A DNA stretch of 64,000 bases from the human T2T-CHM13v2.0 reference genome, Homo sapiens (GCF_009914755.1 NC_060935.1); one strand, 5' to 3'. Shown: positions 35,517 to 52,550, counted from the first letter of the stretch. Made by a program: numbers and translations. The notes: a model not told the origin generated them from the sequence alone.

Positions 35517-38500
35517 CTAAGAGTGACATACAGCTCAGTGTACTCAGAATAAGTCCATTGCTGTGAAATACAACAGTCATTCAACTATACGGAAGGAACA
35601 TAAACAGGCTTCTGAGTATAAGACATCATACGTTTGAATGCTATGTAAAAACAACATGGTATTGTCTTGCCATATTCTTGGATAAAAATCAATTAATTAC
35701 TAAAAAGATAACATTCGCTTTTTTGTAAATCAAATCCAAGTAGATCAGAAAACTTCCAGTTTATCTTAAGTGTAATCATCTAAAAATATAGACGAGATAG
35801 AAATATATAAAATTAAGTTATCCAGTTTCTTGGTTCATGGTCCCAAATCATCCACATAACAACAAATAATAGTGGGAATCAAAATTTCAAACTCCTTCCA
35901 CATTAGTTTTGATAATTAATTCCACTCTCCCACTGTTAAGTTCCACATTCCCCCTTTACAGGTCACCTGGCATTGCAGATGATGTGTGAGCAATGTACGA
36001 ATCTACTCTGGAGACATTTTCATAAAATTTAGCACTTTCACCAACTTATTTACTGTCAACAAAGATAATTAGCCATGAAATTGGCTCTCTTGACTTAAAA
36101 GGAGAGGATTCACATGGGGAACATATTTTTTTAAAGTGCTATAGTTTGCTAGTGATCCCAGTTGCCATTAAAACTTCTCAGGAAGACTCTTTAAATGAGA
36201 AACACAACATCATTGAAAGCCTGGAAAGGATTATGTATTTTGCCATGGAATACATGGCACATGAGGTTTCCAAGCACTTACTTCACTAACCCTTGTACAA
36301 TCTAGAGGTAAATGAGCCATGATTCAAACATCTCTGTTAAAATTCATGACCCATTAACAAGGAAATAGAGAGCATACAGCCTCAAATGATTTTTAAATGT
36401 CTTTAAAGAAACTACCAAACAAATAAGATTCCCCAAAGGCAAATATCTCCTATCACTAAGGGAAAATAGGAATTAATGAAAACTTGCTTTCCTAAGATTT
36501 GACTGTAGTATCTAATCAAGAAAAATTATGTGCTATTGAGTCCCAGACAGCCAAGCCCACAATTTATAACCTTACTCTCAGGCAATGTTGTCTCTCTTTA
36601 ACCAATCAAGGTCCAAAGGTTGCTAAGTGATTTGATGATCATCTGCTCTCAGAGTAACAGTCCCTCTTCACACAAGTAAGAGGCTTTAAAGCATTAATCT
36701 ACCATTGGTATAACTCAGGAGCAGTTTTCAAATATTCCCTGTAGGGAAAAGGGAGTCAAGGGAGTTGGGTGAGAGGGTGAAATAGACCGATGAATGTGTC
36801 AGGCCAGCTCCATTTTTTTTTTCTTTTACAAGAAACCATACATCTAATTTTCAGTCATCCTTGTTAAAATAAGTTCTGAACAAACCTTTCCTGCCATGCT
36901 ACATTCATTACCTTATGAGTCCACTCTGTATTCTGTTCAGGTGTATCCAGGTAATAATGATCATTTATCTGGAGGCACGGTCTTTGTCATACATTACGGA
37001 AGAATCCAGAGATTTAATCACAGTTCAAGCCATGTTAAAGATGTCCTCTACAGTCATATTGTTGATATTATATAGCTCTCATCTGGGTGCAGCCATATTT
37101 GTTCCTTCTGTTTCTGATAGGTTGTCCCTTTAATCTACGTGACTGTGTGTGGGTGTCTGTGTCTGTGTGTGTCTGCTTGATACGAGCTGAACCCTGACTG
37201 ACACACATCATTTCTGTCTTTCACATCTCTCTTGAGGTCACATGCTAGAGGTGGAAGACTTATAATTCAGGACTATAATTCCAAATCGCCATTAACTTGT
37301 ATTGTCGGATAATCTACAGTCTATCTGGCTAACATGCACCAGATGGTTTACAAGCAGCCTTGTGTCACAATAGTGTGGGTCTAAGAACCACAAAACTCAA
37401 AATGAGCTGAGGAAATTAGAAGCATGGCAGCACATAAAAAATCTTTGAAATTAAAATGCTTCCCTCATTTTTGAAATAAAAACAGGGACACCGATCAAGT
37501 CATTCCCACGCCAGTGAAAGCTTCTTGTGACAGCTCTGGGGAAAGTGGCTGCATGGAGTTCTCCAGGGTGGCTCCCAGCAGTGCCTAGAATGTAGTGTGT
37601 ACACAGACATCTCTCTCAGAGAAAGCTGTGGGGAACTCTCAGTCCCTTAGAAGGGAGGGGGAAATTTAATCTCTTCTAACATGAGGCTGAAGAGTCAATC
37701 CAAACCATAGGTAAAATGCAAACATGTCCCTATGTATGAGCTTTACTGCTGTTTTCAAGTTTTGATTTAGGGCAGTTGACAGAAACAACAACGACAGCTG
37801 AGGAAATATTTATGAATGATGAGGTGACCTAATAAGACTACAAGAACATTTTGGTTTCTGAGGTAAATATTTTAAAACTATTTTTGAGAAAAAGAACTAA
37901 TTTAATGTGTCTCCTTCAGCTGAACAGTAAATATGATTTCATTCAGCTTTTGTCACGTATTTATAAAAATCAATTCTGAAGTTAACTGCATTAATTTAAA
38001 ATGATAACAATTTGTAAAAAAGAAATGCTCTGGAAATGCAAAACCACTTTCAACAAAAACAAAGTATGGTTTAAACAGAAGTCAATGGTAGGTCCAATGA
38101 CCCCTGCTCCTGCTCCAGAAAGTTCTTGAACAATGGAGTGCTGAGTAAAGAAACTAGCTTGGTCTTACAAGAGAGTTAAGCAGCACCTAGACTTGAAACT
38201 CAAACGAGAAGCTTTTGCAGTGGATTTGGACCCAGGGAACTTCCCCAGATACTCCAAAAGGATGAGACAATGCCTCTCTTTTAAAGGACCTGGGTTATTC
38301 TTAATTTGTTGAAGGTCCTTTAAGGCTTGTAATTCTGTGGTTGGAGCAAGAATCATTAGACAACCCTGAGCTATCATGTCGAAGGTGCCTGAGAAGCTGC
38401 AGCATCCCATGACCCTCAGTCAAGGTTGCAAAAACTGCTGGTGTCTGCCTTGAGTTATCAGCCTCTACTGTGACCCTCCTGCTTAGCCTGAGCACCTCTT

Positions 38501-39526
38501 CAGCATATCTGCCTTGTGTTGACTTTCATCTAATTGATAATGATTGCCTACACCAAGTTAGGTTCAGAGCATGTATTCTGGACTGTTGAAAGCACACAAA
38601 ACACTTATTATCACTGTCAAAGATCTCTCCAATCTTTTGATCAGATGAGGTTCTAGTCCAGCATCCATACCAGGTGAATTAAATAGCCACATAATTCATA
38701 GTGGAGGGAATCCTGCCATATGAAAGAGTTTTTAAAAAATCCTCCAGAGAGCAAAAGATAACATACCAATTTTAGGAAAAAGAACAACAACTCTGACTCA
38801 GCCACACGGACCTACTCAGAACCATGGGCAAGCTTTCTCTATGTTCTTGACCTTTTAGTAAACAACTGCATTTATTATCTTGTATTTTATTGCTACATAA
38901 GTGCCACACATAGGATTGGTGAAAACAAGGTCTGTTCTTTCTGTGCAAAGTAGATAAGGAGACTGAATACTGAGAAATGACTAAGTTTAGAGAAAAACTG
39001 GAGCATGAACCATTTTACAGCTTCAGGGTGAGTTATGTTTTATATCCAAGTAAAATAGAATACATGCCTGATTTGCACTTATTATCTTACTGTAAACATT
39101 GGGATTTTTCAAGTCTGAAAAGACCCTTGAAAATGCAAAGGTTAACGTCTTCCCCAGGAATATTCGAAAGCTATTTTGAAATTCCCCACTTGAGTGTGGG
39201 CCATGAACTAGTTTGATATGTTTGATATGTTTGGACAGACCTTTAATTGGAATGCTCTGCTCTGAAAATGAAAAATATTTAAGTTATTACCTAGTGTGAG
39301 TTCCTACCATGCTATACTGGCAGTTCCTGGAAACATTTCTGACAGACAGGGAAAAGGGTTTCTGACATAATCCATTGTAACCTGAATGAAATGGAGAAAC
39401 ACATCCTGTTTGAGATCTAGCTTTTGATCAAGCCACAGGTCCTTAATGCAGGTGAAGTCCTTTTGGGGTTGACCTTAGCTGTTCCATCCGTTTCTTTTGC
39501 TGGCAACAGAGTAATAAATTACTTAC

Positions 39527-39589
39527 TGAAATAGAGCTTGTGACAGATTCCCAGTTGGTCTCTGAAGCTGCTGCGGGTTGGAAATCTTC
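39527..39589 (-). CDS. PDGFD: PDGFD exon 4 (63 nt, phase 0-0), start of the hinge after the CUB domain
   Basis: Acceptor ttgccttccag|GAA with an upstream CTGAC/CTCAC branch-like motif, donor TCA|gtaagt; EDFQPAAASETNWESVTSSIS. Confidence 0.97.
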
Positions 39590-40760
39590 CTGGAAGGCAA
39601 AGAAACATCTGTGAGTCAGTCAAACCTCTGTTCAATTCATTATGTGCACAGTTTCAACATCTCAGCCTTCTGAATCTTTTTCCAACTAAGTGACAACAGA
39701 CATAGGGCTATATTCCTGCTGAACAGGTCACCATTTGTCTTAAGCACATCTCCTCAAGAACCCTTCTCATTTAAGACATGGACATTTTCTTGTAAGTACT
39801 GGTGAAATGGAAAAGGCACAGGAAGGAATGCAAATTTTAACTTGGCCATCTACTGGCTGTGTGACCACAGACAACTGACAACCCCTCCAGTCCTTCCTTT
39901 CCTCAGCTAGTATGGAATCCTTACATTATAGGGCTGTTTTAAGAATTAAATGCATTAATTATGTAATTACCAATGGCACTGAATAAAGTGTTTGATAAAG
40001 AATAATAATAATTATCATTATTGACATATAGTTGGTTTAAACTAGGTTACGCATTATGTTCAATCTTGCCTGCTGACCTGGTCCAAAATATTGGTGATCT
40101 TTTCAACGATACACTAACTTCCAAGGGGTTGTTCCTGACTATATCAACAAATATAAGGAAGGATGGCAGGGGAAGAAAATGACTGGTAGTGACTAAGTAC
40201 TGCCCATTTGGGGAAGGAAGGTCAAGGGCAGACTTGAAAACATTAGTTATCTCAGATAAGCCTTAGTGGATGTGTGATAGCAATAGATCACACAGAAAAA
40301 ACTTCTCTTAAAAGGCAAACTTGTCTCCCATTTGTATGTGACCTCCATGTTAATTACTACAGCACCAGGAAGTTTAAAAAACATTAAGGGAAGGAAAACT
40401 AATTCTGTCATTTTTACAATCCACAGATGGCTTTCTGACCTTGCTAAAATAAATCACTTTAGCAAATATCTTCCAGCCTTACCGAGGAGTGGGAGGTGTT
40501 TTGAGAGGATGCTGAGAAATGTTCAGCCACTCTAGTCTGACAGCTTATTTATCCAAGTATACCTACTGAATGAGAGCTTAGTATCAGGTGTAAATTTCAT
40601 TAACATTTTGAGGAGCTGGAAGTACGTTTGTTAATTGGTTATGATGAGGCTGGTTTATATATAAATTTCCTGTGTTTAATAAAATTTCAGCTGATTACTG
40701 AGAGAGAACCGAGTCAAATGCGGGGTTCAAAAAATGAACAAATATTAGAAACTGACTAGA

Positions 40761-40832
40761 TGATGGGTTGATAGGTGCAACAAACCACCATGTATCCCAG
40801 AACTTAAAGTAAAAAAAGAAAGAAAGAAAGAA
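40761..40832 (+). mobile_element. Extremely truncated L1PA 3' end with a (GAAA)n tail
   Basis: TGATGGGTTGATAGGTGCAACAAACCACCATGTATCCCAGAACTTAAAGT; TSD AGAAAC(T/C)GACTAGA (40747-40760, 40833-40846). Confidence 0.85.
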
Positions 40833-40864
40833 AGAAACCGACTAGACATCATTATTTTAGTCAC

Positions 40865-41168
40865 TTTTTTTTTTTTTTTTTTTTTTGAGACCGAGTCTCA
40901 CTCTGTCACCCAGGCTGGTGTGCAGTGGCGTGATCTTGGCTTACTGCAACCTCTGCCTCCCAGGTTCAAGCAATTCTCCTGCCTCAGCCTTCCTAGTAGC
41001 TGAGATTACAGGTGTGCACCACCACACCCAGCTAATTTTTGTATTTTTAGTAGAGATGGAGTTTCACCATGTTGGCCAGACTGGTCTTGAACTATTGACC
41101 TCAGGTGATCTACCCACCTCGGCCCCCCAAAGTGCTGGGATTACAGGCATGAGCCACTGGGCCCGGCC
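40865..41168 (-). mobile_element. AluS (Sx/Sz-like)
   Basis: Poly(T) plus a full reverse Alu dimer. Confidence 0.93.
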
Positions 41169-42113
41169 TCGTTATTCTAATCTTAATCCTAGGGAAGATA
41201 GAAAAGAAGCAGGAAATGTGGTATCTGCACTCTGCAAAACAGAATAGACACTAAAAGGACACTGAATTCCCACAGCGGGAAGATGTGTATAATCAAATGA
41301 AGGCTGGCATTTATATGAGTCTTCATAAGTCGGTGAGCACATAAGACTAGGCAAGAAGCCAGAGAGCCAGTGGCTTCTCCATTCCTTGATGAGACTATTG
41401 GTGGAGGACATATGCCAGGTATGGTAATGACAGGAGCAATCCTCACATTACAGAATTTTCATTTTCCCTTGTTCATTCAATATTTGTTAATCACCTGCTA
41501 TTAATACTTTCTGAGCTGTGGGTAGGATCATGAGGAAATAAAAACTATCCCTACCCTCAAGGAATTCGAAACGTAAACACACAAATAAACACGTGCAGTA
41601 AACGCATGTGGGTGCTCTGATACCAGTCTACTCAGCATGCCATGGAAGGTAGTAGTAGGTGGTTGTACCTGGGGAGAAAGTGGGCTTGAAAAAATTTCAC
41701 ATAGGAAGCTGATTTGTTAGTAGAGTCTTGGAAGATAAATAGTTGCTTCTTGCAGAAAACGCGGGTAGAAGACTCAAAGGGAAAGCAATGCTTAGACAAG
41801 GTGAGGAAAGTATACAGAAAAATAAACAACTTACTGGGGAAACTATGAGTCATGTTGGGCATAGTGCGTTTGAGAAGCCTACACTATGTACAGATGGAGA
41901 TGTTCGGGGGGAAGTTTGCTACATGAGAATGGACCGCATGAGAGAGAATGGACCACATGTGACCTTGAGATATAGATTTGGGAAGTATCAACACAAAAAT
42001 GCAATTCAACAAAGTAAAGGGTTATGTTGACCATGTGTTAAAATCAGAAGAGGGACAGTTTTAAAATCTTGGAACTGGAAATAGTTTTAGAATTATCTAG
42101 TCCAATCTCCTTA

Positions 42114-42480
<367 letters not shown>

Positions 42481-43299
42481 GAAAATGAATGCTTAGAGAG
42501 ATAGATGATGTGTTCTGTATCATGTACCCATTTTCTGGCAAAGCTAAGGCCACCAAAGCTCATTTCTAAGTAGAAACTGTGTGGTTGGTGACCTTCCACA
42601 GTGTTACAGCTGCCTTGGATAATGTGTGTATGGGGAGAAAAACGATGAAACAGTTTCCAAAAGGGGAATCAACAGAGCAGGAAACGCATATAGTTGAAGC
42701 TGAGTGCTGGTGGGTGGTTCTATGAGGACACCCTTTGAAGTAGCCTTAGTTATTTAGATTTCATATCTATCCTTAGTAAATTCTGTGATTTCAGTTCATT
42801 TCCTTGCATAGACACATGGTAAAAATATTTTGCTAAGATTTTTTTAAGCAGAAAGGGACTTTGGTGCACAAGCCCCTAAACAAATGTTACACAAGAACTT
42901 TTAGCTTCTTCACTGTCTGGGCTACAGGATTCCAGTTTGAAATTTTAATAAGAGCAAATGATAAAAGATTTCATTAAGTCCCAGATAAAACATAACTTTA
43001 TCTTCTCTTAGCAATACAAATGTTAGACACTGAAAAGAAACCAACTTTTGTGTTACTTCAGAAGTTTACCATTACTTATAGATGACATATTTAAATTAAG
43101 CTTATAAAAAGGAATGACATCCCTTATAAAAATAAAACACCGAACCTCCAAGGTTTTAGCCCTGAAAGGAGAATCTTGGCAATAGGGAGGATTCACCTGC
43201 TAAATCCACAATATGATTATTTCTCATCTCTTCCGCCATAACCTCCTAAGTCCACTTAGAAACCAGCAAGTTTCCCAACTGCCTGTTAGCTCTTCCCCT

Positions 43300-43850
43300 A
43301 GGGTCAGAATTATCTCTTTTAATGGTAAATCAAATCACTTCTGTCGTCTGCTTAAAACCTTCCAATAGCTTTCCATTGCTCTTAGAATTTGGCAAAATAA
43401 GATCTGACTACCATTTGCCTCTATGAACTTCTTTCCTCTGGTGTCCTCTGATTTGATAACCTACCTTTCCCACTACCTCCACTCCTGCTACACTGGCCTT
43501 CTTTCAGTCCTGCAAATAACACGACAAGCCTCTTCTCCCCTCAGGTTTAATTCACTGCTGTTCCCTGCCTGGATGCACTTTCCCCAAACGCTCCAATGGC
43601 TGGCTCCTCATCATTTAGTTCTCTGCTCAAATATCTAACATCTTTGAGCATTCTATTTAAAATACTCCCACTCTTGGTCACTCTATCTACTTAACCTGCT
43701 TAATTTTCTTTAAAGCATTTATGGTTATCTGAAATAATTTTATGTTTGTTTTATTGTTGATTGTCTCTTTCCTCAAGTGAAATCACACTCCGGAATGGCA
43801 AAGATGCTGTTTATTTGTTCTTTACTCTATTCCAAGTTTCTAGCTGAGTT
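43300..43850 (+). mobile_element. L2 3' remnant
   Basis: CTGCTTAAAACCTTCCAAT.GCTT.CCATTGC and CTGTTCCCTGCCTGGA motifs typical of L2; boundaries approximate. Confidence 0.6.
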
Positions 43851-45023
43851 TTTAGTATATATTCCAATTTCTCTGGCTCCCAGTGTATACATAAGGATAA
43901 TGATCAGCTGCTACTTGCTAGTAGCAAGCCAGTAGTTTACAGCCAGTGTCCATTCTGACTGGTTGGTCCCTATGCCATACTATTTGTTATATACCCTTAA
44001 TATTATCCTGAGCAGACTGCTTGATTTTCAACCTCCAGACAAATGCAAAACAAACTCCTTTTTGTGGGTGCTCTCAGCAGAACAGTGCCCTTACCGTTAC
44101 TTTAAGAAATGCTAAAATAGAACAAACAGTGAATAATCATTTAAAATTATATTAACAGTTTAGTTTACAAAGAAAACATTTCTGTTCTTTGGTATAGAAA
44201 ACTTACATAAGTGCTTTTCAAGCAATGTCTTATTATTCTAAGAGGAGATAACTCTCTACTAGCTCCTAGAGGCTGGTACACAGCTTTTGACTTCCTCACC
44301 TCCTGCTCCTGAACTGTAGTATCTTCCATCCTAAAATAAAGGAGCTGATGTTTTAGTTACTTTGGTCCTATAGTCCATGTAGGGAATCTAGCACTGTGAT
44401 GCTGTGTGTACCTTACTGTACCTTATAGAGACCATCTGGGGGTCTGATATGAGCAAACTGAAGTTCAGAGAGCCAAATGAGTTGTCCAGCATCTCCCAAC
44501 TAATTATGACTACAGTTAGGACTAGGACCCAATTAGCTATTGCGCATCTCTTAGTTACATGCTCTTTCCAACCCACCAAATAATGTTATATATCATTCTA
44601 TAATTATAAACATCTCAATCTGCATTGCCTTAATTAATAAAATTAATTTATACCATTAAAATAATTTATCCTCAGCTTAACTCCTCACATTAAAATAGTT
44701 CATAATTATATTTTGGCAGTGAAACTAATCATTTGGCATTTTGAAACAAAGCTCCCTCATTCTCTGCATTTTACTATTAAGCTTTGGAACATAGATATGA
44801 TTCTCAAATCTTCACTTTCTAAATAGTTTAGGATGCACAGTTTGGTTTCTATGAGAAAAGTGTTACAGACTCGAAAGTTAGGGAGATGTGTACAAATAAA
44901 ATCTTAAAGTGCTACATGAAAACACAGATAAATATTTATGTAAGTGTAGTGTGGAAGAGATATTTCTAAGCATAAATGCTAAAGTCAGAAAGCATAAAAA
45001 TCGATACACCTTATATAACATTT

Positions 45024-45098
45024 TGTATATATACAAGATGTGTACATACAAGATGTATATATACAAAATGTATACATACAAAATGTATATATACAAAA
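45024..45098. repeat. Minisatellite, 5 x 15-bp unit TGTATATATACAA(G/A)A
   Basis: Units start at 45024, 45039, 45054, 45069 and 45084; this explains the 5-aa periodicity of the spurious ORFs here. Confidence 0.92.
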
Positions 45099-46765
45099 TG
45101 TTATATAAATCTAAAAGAGATCAAAAACAAAAGTAAAACCATAAGGACAAGCTAGTAAACACACTTGTAACAGATATAACAGGTAAACAGTTAACATCCT
45201 TAAAATAAAATGAACTCATAAATCAAAAGCTTATACAAGAGTATGTTCCATATCATACAATATTGCTAGAAAAAAATGTACAGATATATGAATGAAGCAG
45301 GACTGAAAAAGTATTCACAAAAAGTTGATATTGGTTAGCACTGACATATTCTTATTTTCTTCTTTTTGTACACATGTTTTAAAATGTCATAGTAAACATC
45401 TAGTTTTAGTAAAACAGTAAATTTCTAAAACTACAATGGAAAAGAAAAAATGGACTGGATGTGTGTACACATATTACATATTAATATGACAGACAAGACT
45501 TTAGGGGTAAATGATCACAAATCATTTATCTGTACTTAGCACAAATCAAGAAGGTTTATTTATCTCATAAAGAGGATTCTTTATAAATGAAAAGAGGAAT
45601 TATTCAACATTTATGATATCATTTATTGAATGGTGTCACCCATGTATTCCCTGGTAGGAAATAAAAGTGTTCTTGTAGATACGTTTCTCACCAATTGCTA
45701 AAAGAGAATTGTTCAAAGACTGGACTACAAAGCGTTCTAGCATGGTCACATTTGGCTCTACTAAAACATGGCTAACACAACACAAACTTTTAATGTCTTT
45801 AAAAGCAGCTATGAAAACATGCAATGAACCATCAGCTCAGGGTCAGTCAGGCATTTGTCAGGCTCAATTTGAGAACAATTTACCCACTGAATTGTGCTAT
45901 ATGGCTGAAAGCAAATATAGCTGGGGCTATAATAACATTACAGGTAATAAATGTTGTCAACAACAATCCTTGCTATTAAAGAATAAGATATGAGTGGGAA
46001 TTTCCATTTTCAGAAAGGGTTTCTCCAGAGAAACTTTCTTTTCAGATTCCTTACCATTGGATATCTTGGGCCCATGCCAGAGAGGACAGTTGATATATTA
46101 CAAGCTAACAAACAATCCACTCATTCATTCAGCAGAGCAAGCCTGCACATATTCAACCACGTACTGAGCACCAGCAATGGATGTCCAAAGAAATCCCTCT
46201 CCTGTCCCTTGATACCACGTGGAGCTAGAGACTCTTGTCCTTTAAGTCTTTGCAGACAGCTGTTCACAGACCAATACTTCAAACATTTGGGATGATTAGT
46301 TGTACCACCTGTTCCTGGATCTCACGGAGGGTGGCTGTTCATTTTTATCCTATGTGATTATGCTTTATTTGAGTAGATAAGCCATAAACTATTCATGGCT
46401 AGAGGGATGTGTTTCACCAGCACTTAAAACATATGCAGTTACTTGGGAGTTTTTAAAAAGCTTTCAAATAAAACAATCTTTAACTTACTAAGGATGACTT
46501 ATTTGGGGAAAGTTTTAAAAGACATTTGTCAGTGTATTTTCTGTCATTCTGAAAAATTTTATTCTATTTGCTGCTTTATATTCACTTCTCAGAGGCAGAA
46601 AATAAAGAAATCCCTCTCCTAATTGTATCTGTGCTTCTTGATTGAGTTAATGCTTAGAGCTTTTGAATTTCTAAATGCTTAATGCTTTTGAATTTCAAAA
46701 GAAACACCTCTAAGCATTCAAAAGAAAGACAAAGGGGTTTGTTAAGATTCATAAAACAGTAATGA

Positions 46766-47133
<368 letters not shown>

Positions 47134-47938
47134 TCATGACACTCTGCTCTGTTCATGACCCACTGAGGGAAATCCAAATAAAGCCAAACTTGGAGGCCTG
47201 TGTCCTGGGATTACTCTACAGGGAGATCCTTTTGAATAAAGGCTTTTGATGCTTCAGTACCTGATTTTCTGGCATGCAGACCCAACAATGTTTGTGGAAA
47301 TGATATTACACTAATGTCTTAACGTCTACAGGAATAGAATAAAGCAAAAATTAAAAACCCTTAGAATCAATAAAACTCTGTAGCCCAACCAAAACTTAAC
47401 AAGTATACTTTCTTTACAGACTCATCATCAAACTAGCTCTTCTACACATAATATGGTAAAGGCCTTGGCAGGAGGCCAGATTTTATTGGCAAGAATATTT
47501 AATACAAGGATATCAAGAGTCTAAGAATCAATAATTAACAAGAATCAAAGAATATCTCTCAAAGTTAGAGAATTTGCCTGTGAAATTTAATAATATATGT
47601 TTCTTAGAGTTACAAGAAGCCCTGGATAGGAGCTTTCTGTTATAGTAAAAATATCTTTAATTAAATAAATAAATTTTAATAAGAAATATAGATAAGACAC
47701 ACAGATTTTCACTGATTTAAGAGTTAATTTTATAACATTTTCATTTATCATTATTGACAATCAAGTACAATGTTTTAATTTAGAACTGCTAGGATTCATT
47801 AATCAATCATCCACGTAATCTTGGTGCTAGTGTCAAGATATTTTTAAAAGTTCATTTTTCTTCCTACATTATGAGAAAAGGAAATTTTTATACTTGTTAG
47901 TTTCTGATTTCTTCAGACTGAACTTAGTTTGGGAATTT

Positions 47939-49523
<1,585 letters not shown>

Positions 49524-52500
49524 TAGTTTGGGAATTTGTTCTCGATATAGTAAGTAAAGATTAGAGCAAATCCCAGTCCAGCAAGCTGAGAAGAGAAGGG
49601 GGTCATTGATTTAAAAGGGGTCATGAGAATGATATTCAAGAACTAGAGAGGATCAGCGTGTTTGCAGATAGAGAGAGGGGTGCCGCATACCAAGGGGCTG
49701 CACAGAAAGTTGCAAATTGCAAAATACTACTTTGTTAATAGCTTCCATGGTGTTTGGTCATACCATGGTGTTTGGTGTATGGTGTTGGTTCACCAACCTC
49801 CATGGTGTTTGGTAAGTGAACATTTAATTTACACCTAGAGAAATACTACAGTATTTCTACAATCTGTTGCCGAAGAGCTAGGTTCAGATTTAAATTTTGT
49901 GACTAGTTGTTTAGCATTAAAAAAAAAAACTCTGTGATTAATTATTTTGTAGTAACGCCTGCCACTTATGGAGCACAGATTTTATGCCGGTGACTATATG
50001 AAATACTTTCCATAAATTATCTCATTCATCATTTCTACAGTAGCTTTAAAAGATGAGGAAGCAGAAAGACAGGATGCAAGCCCTATTATTAAGGAAGTGC
50101 CACAGATACCTGAAACCGTGGCTGAGTCTCTGTACTCTTTCATCTTTGTTGAATAATTCCTCTTTTCTTTTATAAATAATCCTTTTTATAAAATAAACGA
50201 ATCTTCTTGATTTGTGCTAAGTTCAGGTTTTCATAAATTCCTTAAATGCATTTCAAAGAGAACATCTGATTCAATTCACCAGTGGTCTGAAATTTATTAA
50301 AGATTGTACTTTTGATATTGCTAAGCTAATCTTAAAGATTGTTTATACCAAGCTAAAATGAATGACTTAGGAAATTATTCCTGCACCTTAGGAAAATTAC
50401 AAGTTTGAAATGAAGAAATACTGACCTGATTCATATTTTCATTTTCTTGCAAGCACAGTGCCTGGTACATAGTAAGCACTCTTTTTTGTTTGTTTGGTTT
50501 GTTTTTATTATTGTGGTTAAGAGAGGAAATACTGTTTCATGCTCAGAATTCAACAAACCATTTCACGCCTCTGTGCTGAAATTCACACTCCCAATAACTG
50601 CTAAATTTCTCTGTACTTGACTGACGTTATATAAATAGATTTTCTTCATGGTGGCCAAAAGCTAGTTACATTATTAAAACCAGTAATTAGAGAAAATGGG
50701 AATTACAAACAGTATGAAGATTAAGGCCATGTCACCAAAATCCCTTAGCTAAAATCATTATCTCTAAAAACTCAAATTATTCCATTACTAATTAAAACTC
50801 CTAAGATCTGACTTTAGGGAGAAAATACCATTTGAAGTCTAAAAGCCAAAGCCACAGTCAACACAGCTGGTACGGTTCCATGAAAAAGAGCACTCATGAA
50901 ATGTTACTCAGCAAGTGATGGGATTATAATGTAAACGGGAACATTTTCTAAGAGAATCAGGAGTGTCAGTTGTAAAGTATTAAAAAAGCTGTCCATTCTT
51001 TTTAAAAATATGGGTATTTCCTAGTGAGGTGACTTTGCGTTGTGACACCTTTTCCCTCTACACATTCATCCTTATCCTTACACTGGACCAGTGTTCATTC
51101 ATCAGAGCTGCCACCCATCATAATTATCATTTGGCACTATGGGCCATACTGAATATAAAATATTTAAGAGTCATGTTACTACTATACAGCTATGTAAATG
51201 AAAACAAGTAATTCAAAGTACCTTTTTCTTGACCTGACTTCTTTCTAAGGGGATTTCCAGAGTCATTTATGTGGTTAAACTAGAGAGATGGTTAATGTAA
51301 AGTCTGAAACAAAAGCATAGGACTCATACCCTTGCAAATTACTCTTCTCACAAAAGGGGAGATTCGTATATTCTTGACTTTGTACTTCCTCTTTCCACTC
51401 CCCACTCAACTAGCAACTAACTAAGGCAGCTGGCACATTTTGGATCTCCAAAGCAGGCTTGCTATCTGGGCCCATTAGGTGAACTTGTTGGAACTGAGTG
51501 CCAAGCACACAGGTCGTGAGTTTCAGACTGTGCTAAGTACAGGTTTTCATAAATTCCTAAGAATTTATGACAGAGCTGATAAAACTTTACAAAGAGAAAA
51601 AATACTGTTGCCAAACACCATGGTTAACATCAGTGAAAGAGACCTCCTGGGGGCAACTGCCTGACTCAGTCCATAGGACTTCATCCCTCCAAGTAAACAA
51701 CTTGAAGTCTTCTCCTCCAGGCTGGGAGGATCATTTTGGAATAGGATAAATGGTAATTAAATGAGAGATCCTGCAATTTAATTTCTATTAGTTCATGCGT
51801 ATGGGCATTAAAAATTCCTTTTTACTTTTGGTTATCATCAGTTAACAGGAACATCTTTTACTTTGACCAGTTATTACACTAGCAATATTCATCAGCAGTT
51901 TTATGAGTGAAAACACTAGGCTTTGCACAGCAAAATTTTAATCCCAGATTGGTTCTTCTTTGCATCTTGCTATAATTTTTTGTACCGTTACATCTGTGTA
52001 CTTAGAGAATGCAAATTTACTGCCATATTCATCCAAACCAAATACAATTACAAAGGTATTTTTGGTGCCAAAAAAAGGATAAACTGCATTCCAGAGTGAA
52101 AGGAAAAATAGGGATTGGGTGAACTATTGCTTCTCCTCTACTGGACTGGGAAAATTCAGAGCTGACTAGGTTATTGCCCACGCCCAAGGATTAGCTGAGA
52201 TATTCTTTGGACATGGATTTTTTTTGGCAGGCCTCATGCCTCACACTTACACTTTAAACTGTTATTTACTTATGTATTTATTTTTTATTCTTACCAGTTT
52301 GGAAGTTGCAAGGGATCTCATAGACTACTGAGTTCAAAGTTTTATTCACTATTTGACTGAGATTTTTGAATGACCAAAGTATGTAAGTCATTGAGCAAGG
52401 TGTTGGCTAATGCATGGATGCACAGGAAGCAAAATTGACCTTAAGAAATGTGTTGTCTAGATTAATTCTAATGTCCTACTCTTGTCATTCCTTTTTGTAT

Positions 52501-52550
52501 CAGCAACTTTAAGTTTTTTAATGGCTTACCATTATCTCGAATTATCTTGT

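Noticed and set aside
45024-45098. Short repeat arrays (also 49745-49813) as CRISPR-like
   Set aside because: No unique spacers, eukaryotic intron, no cas genes; these are simple tandem repeats.
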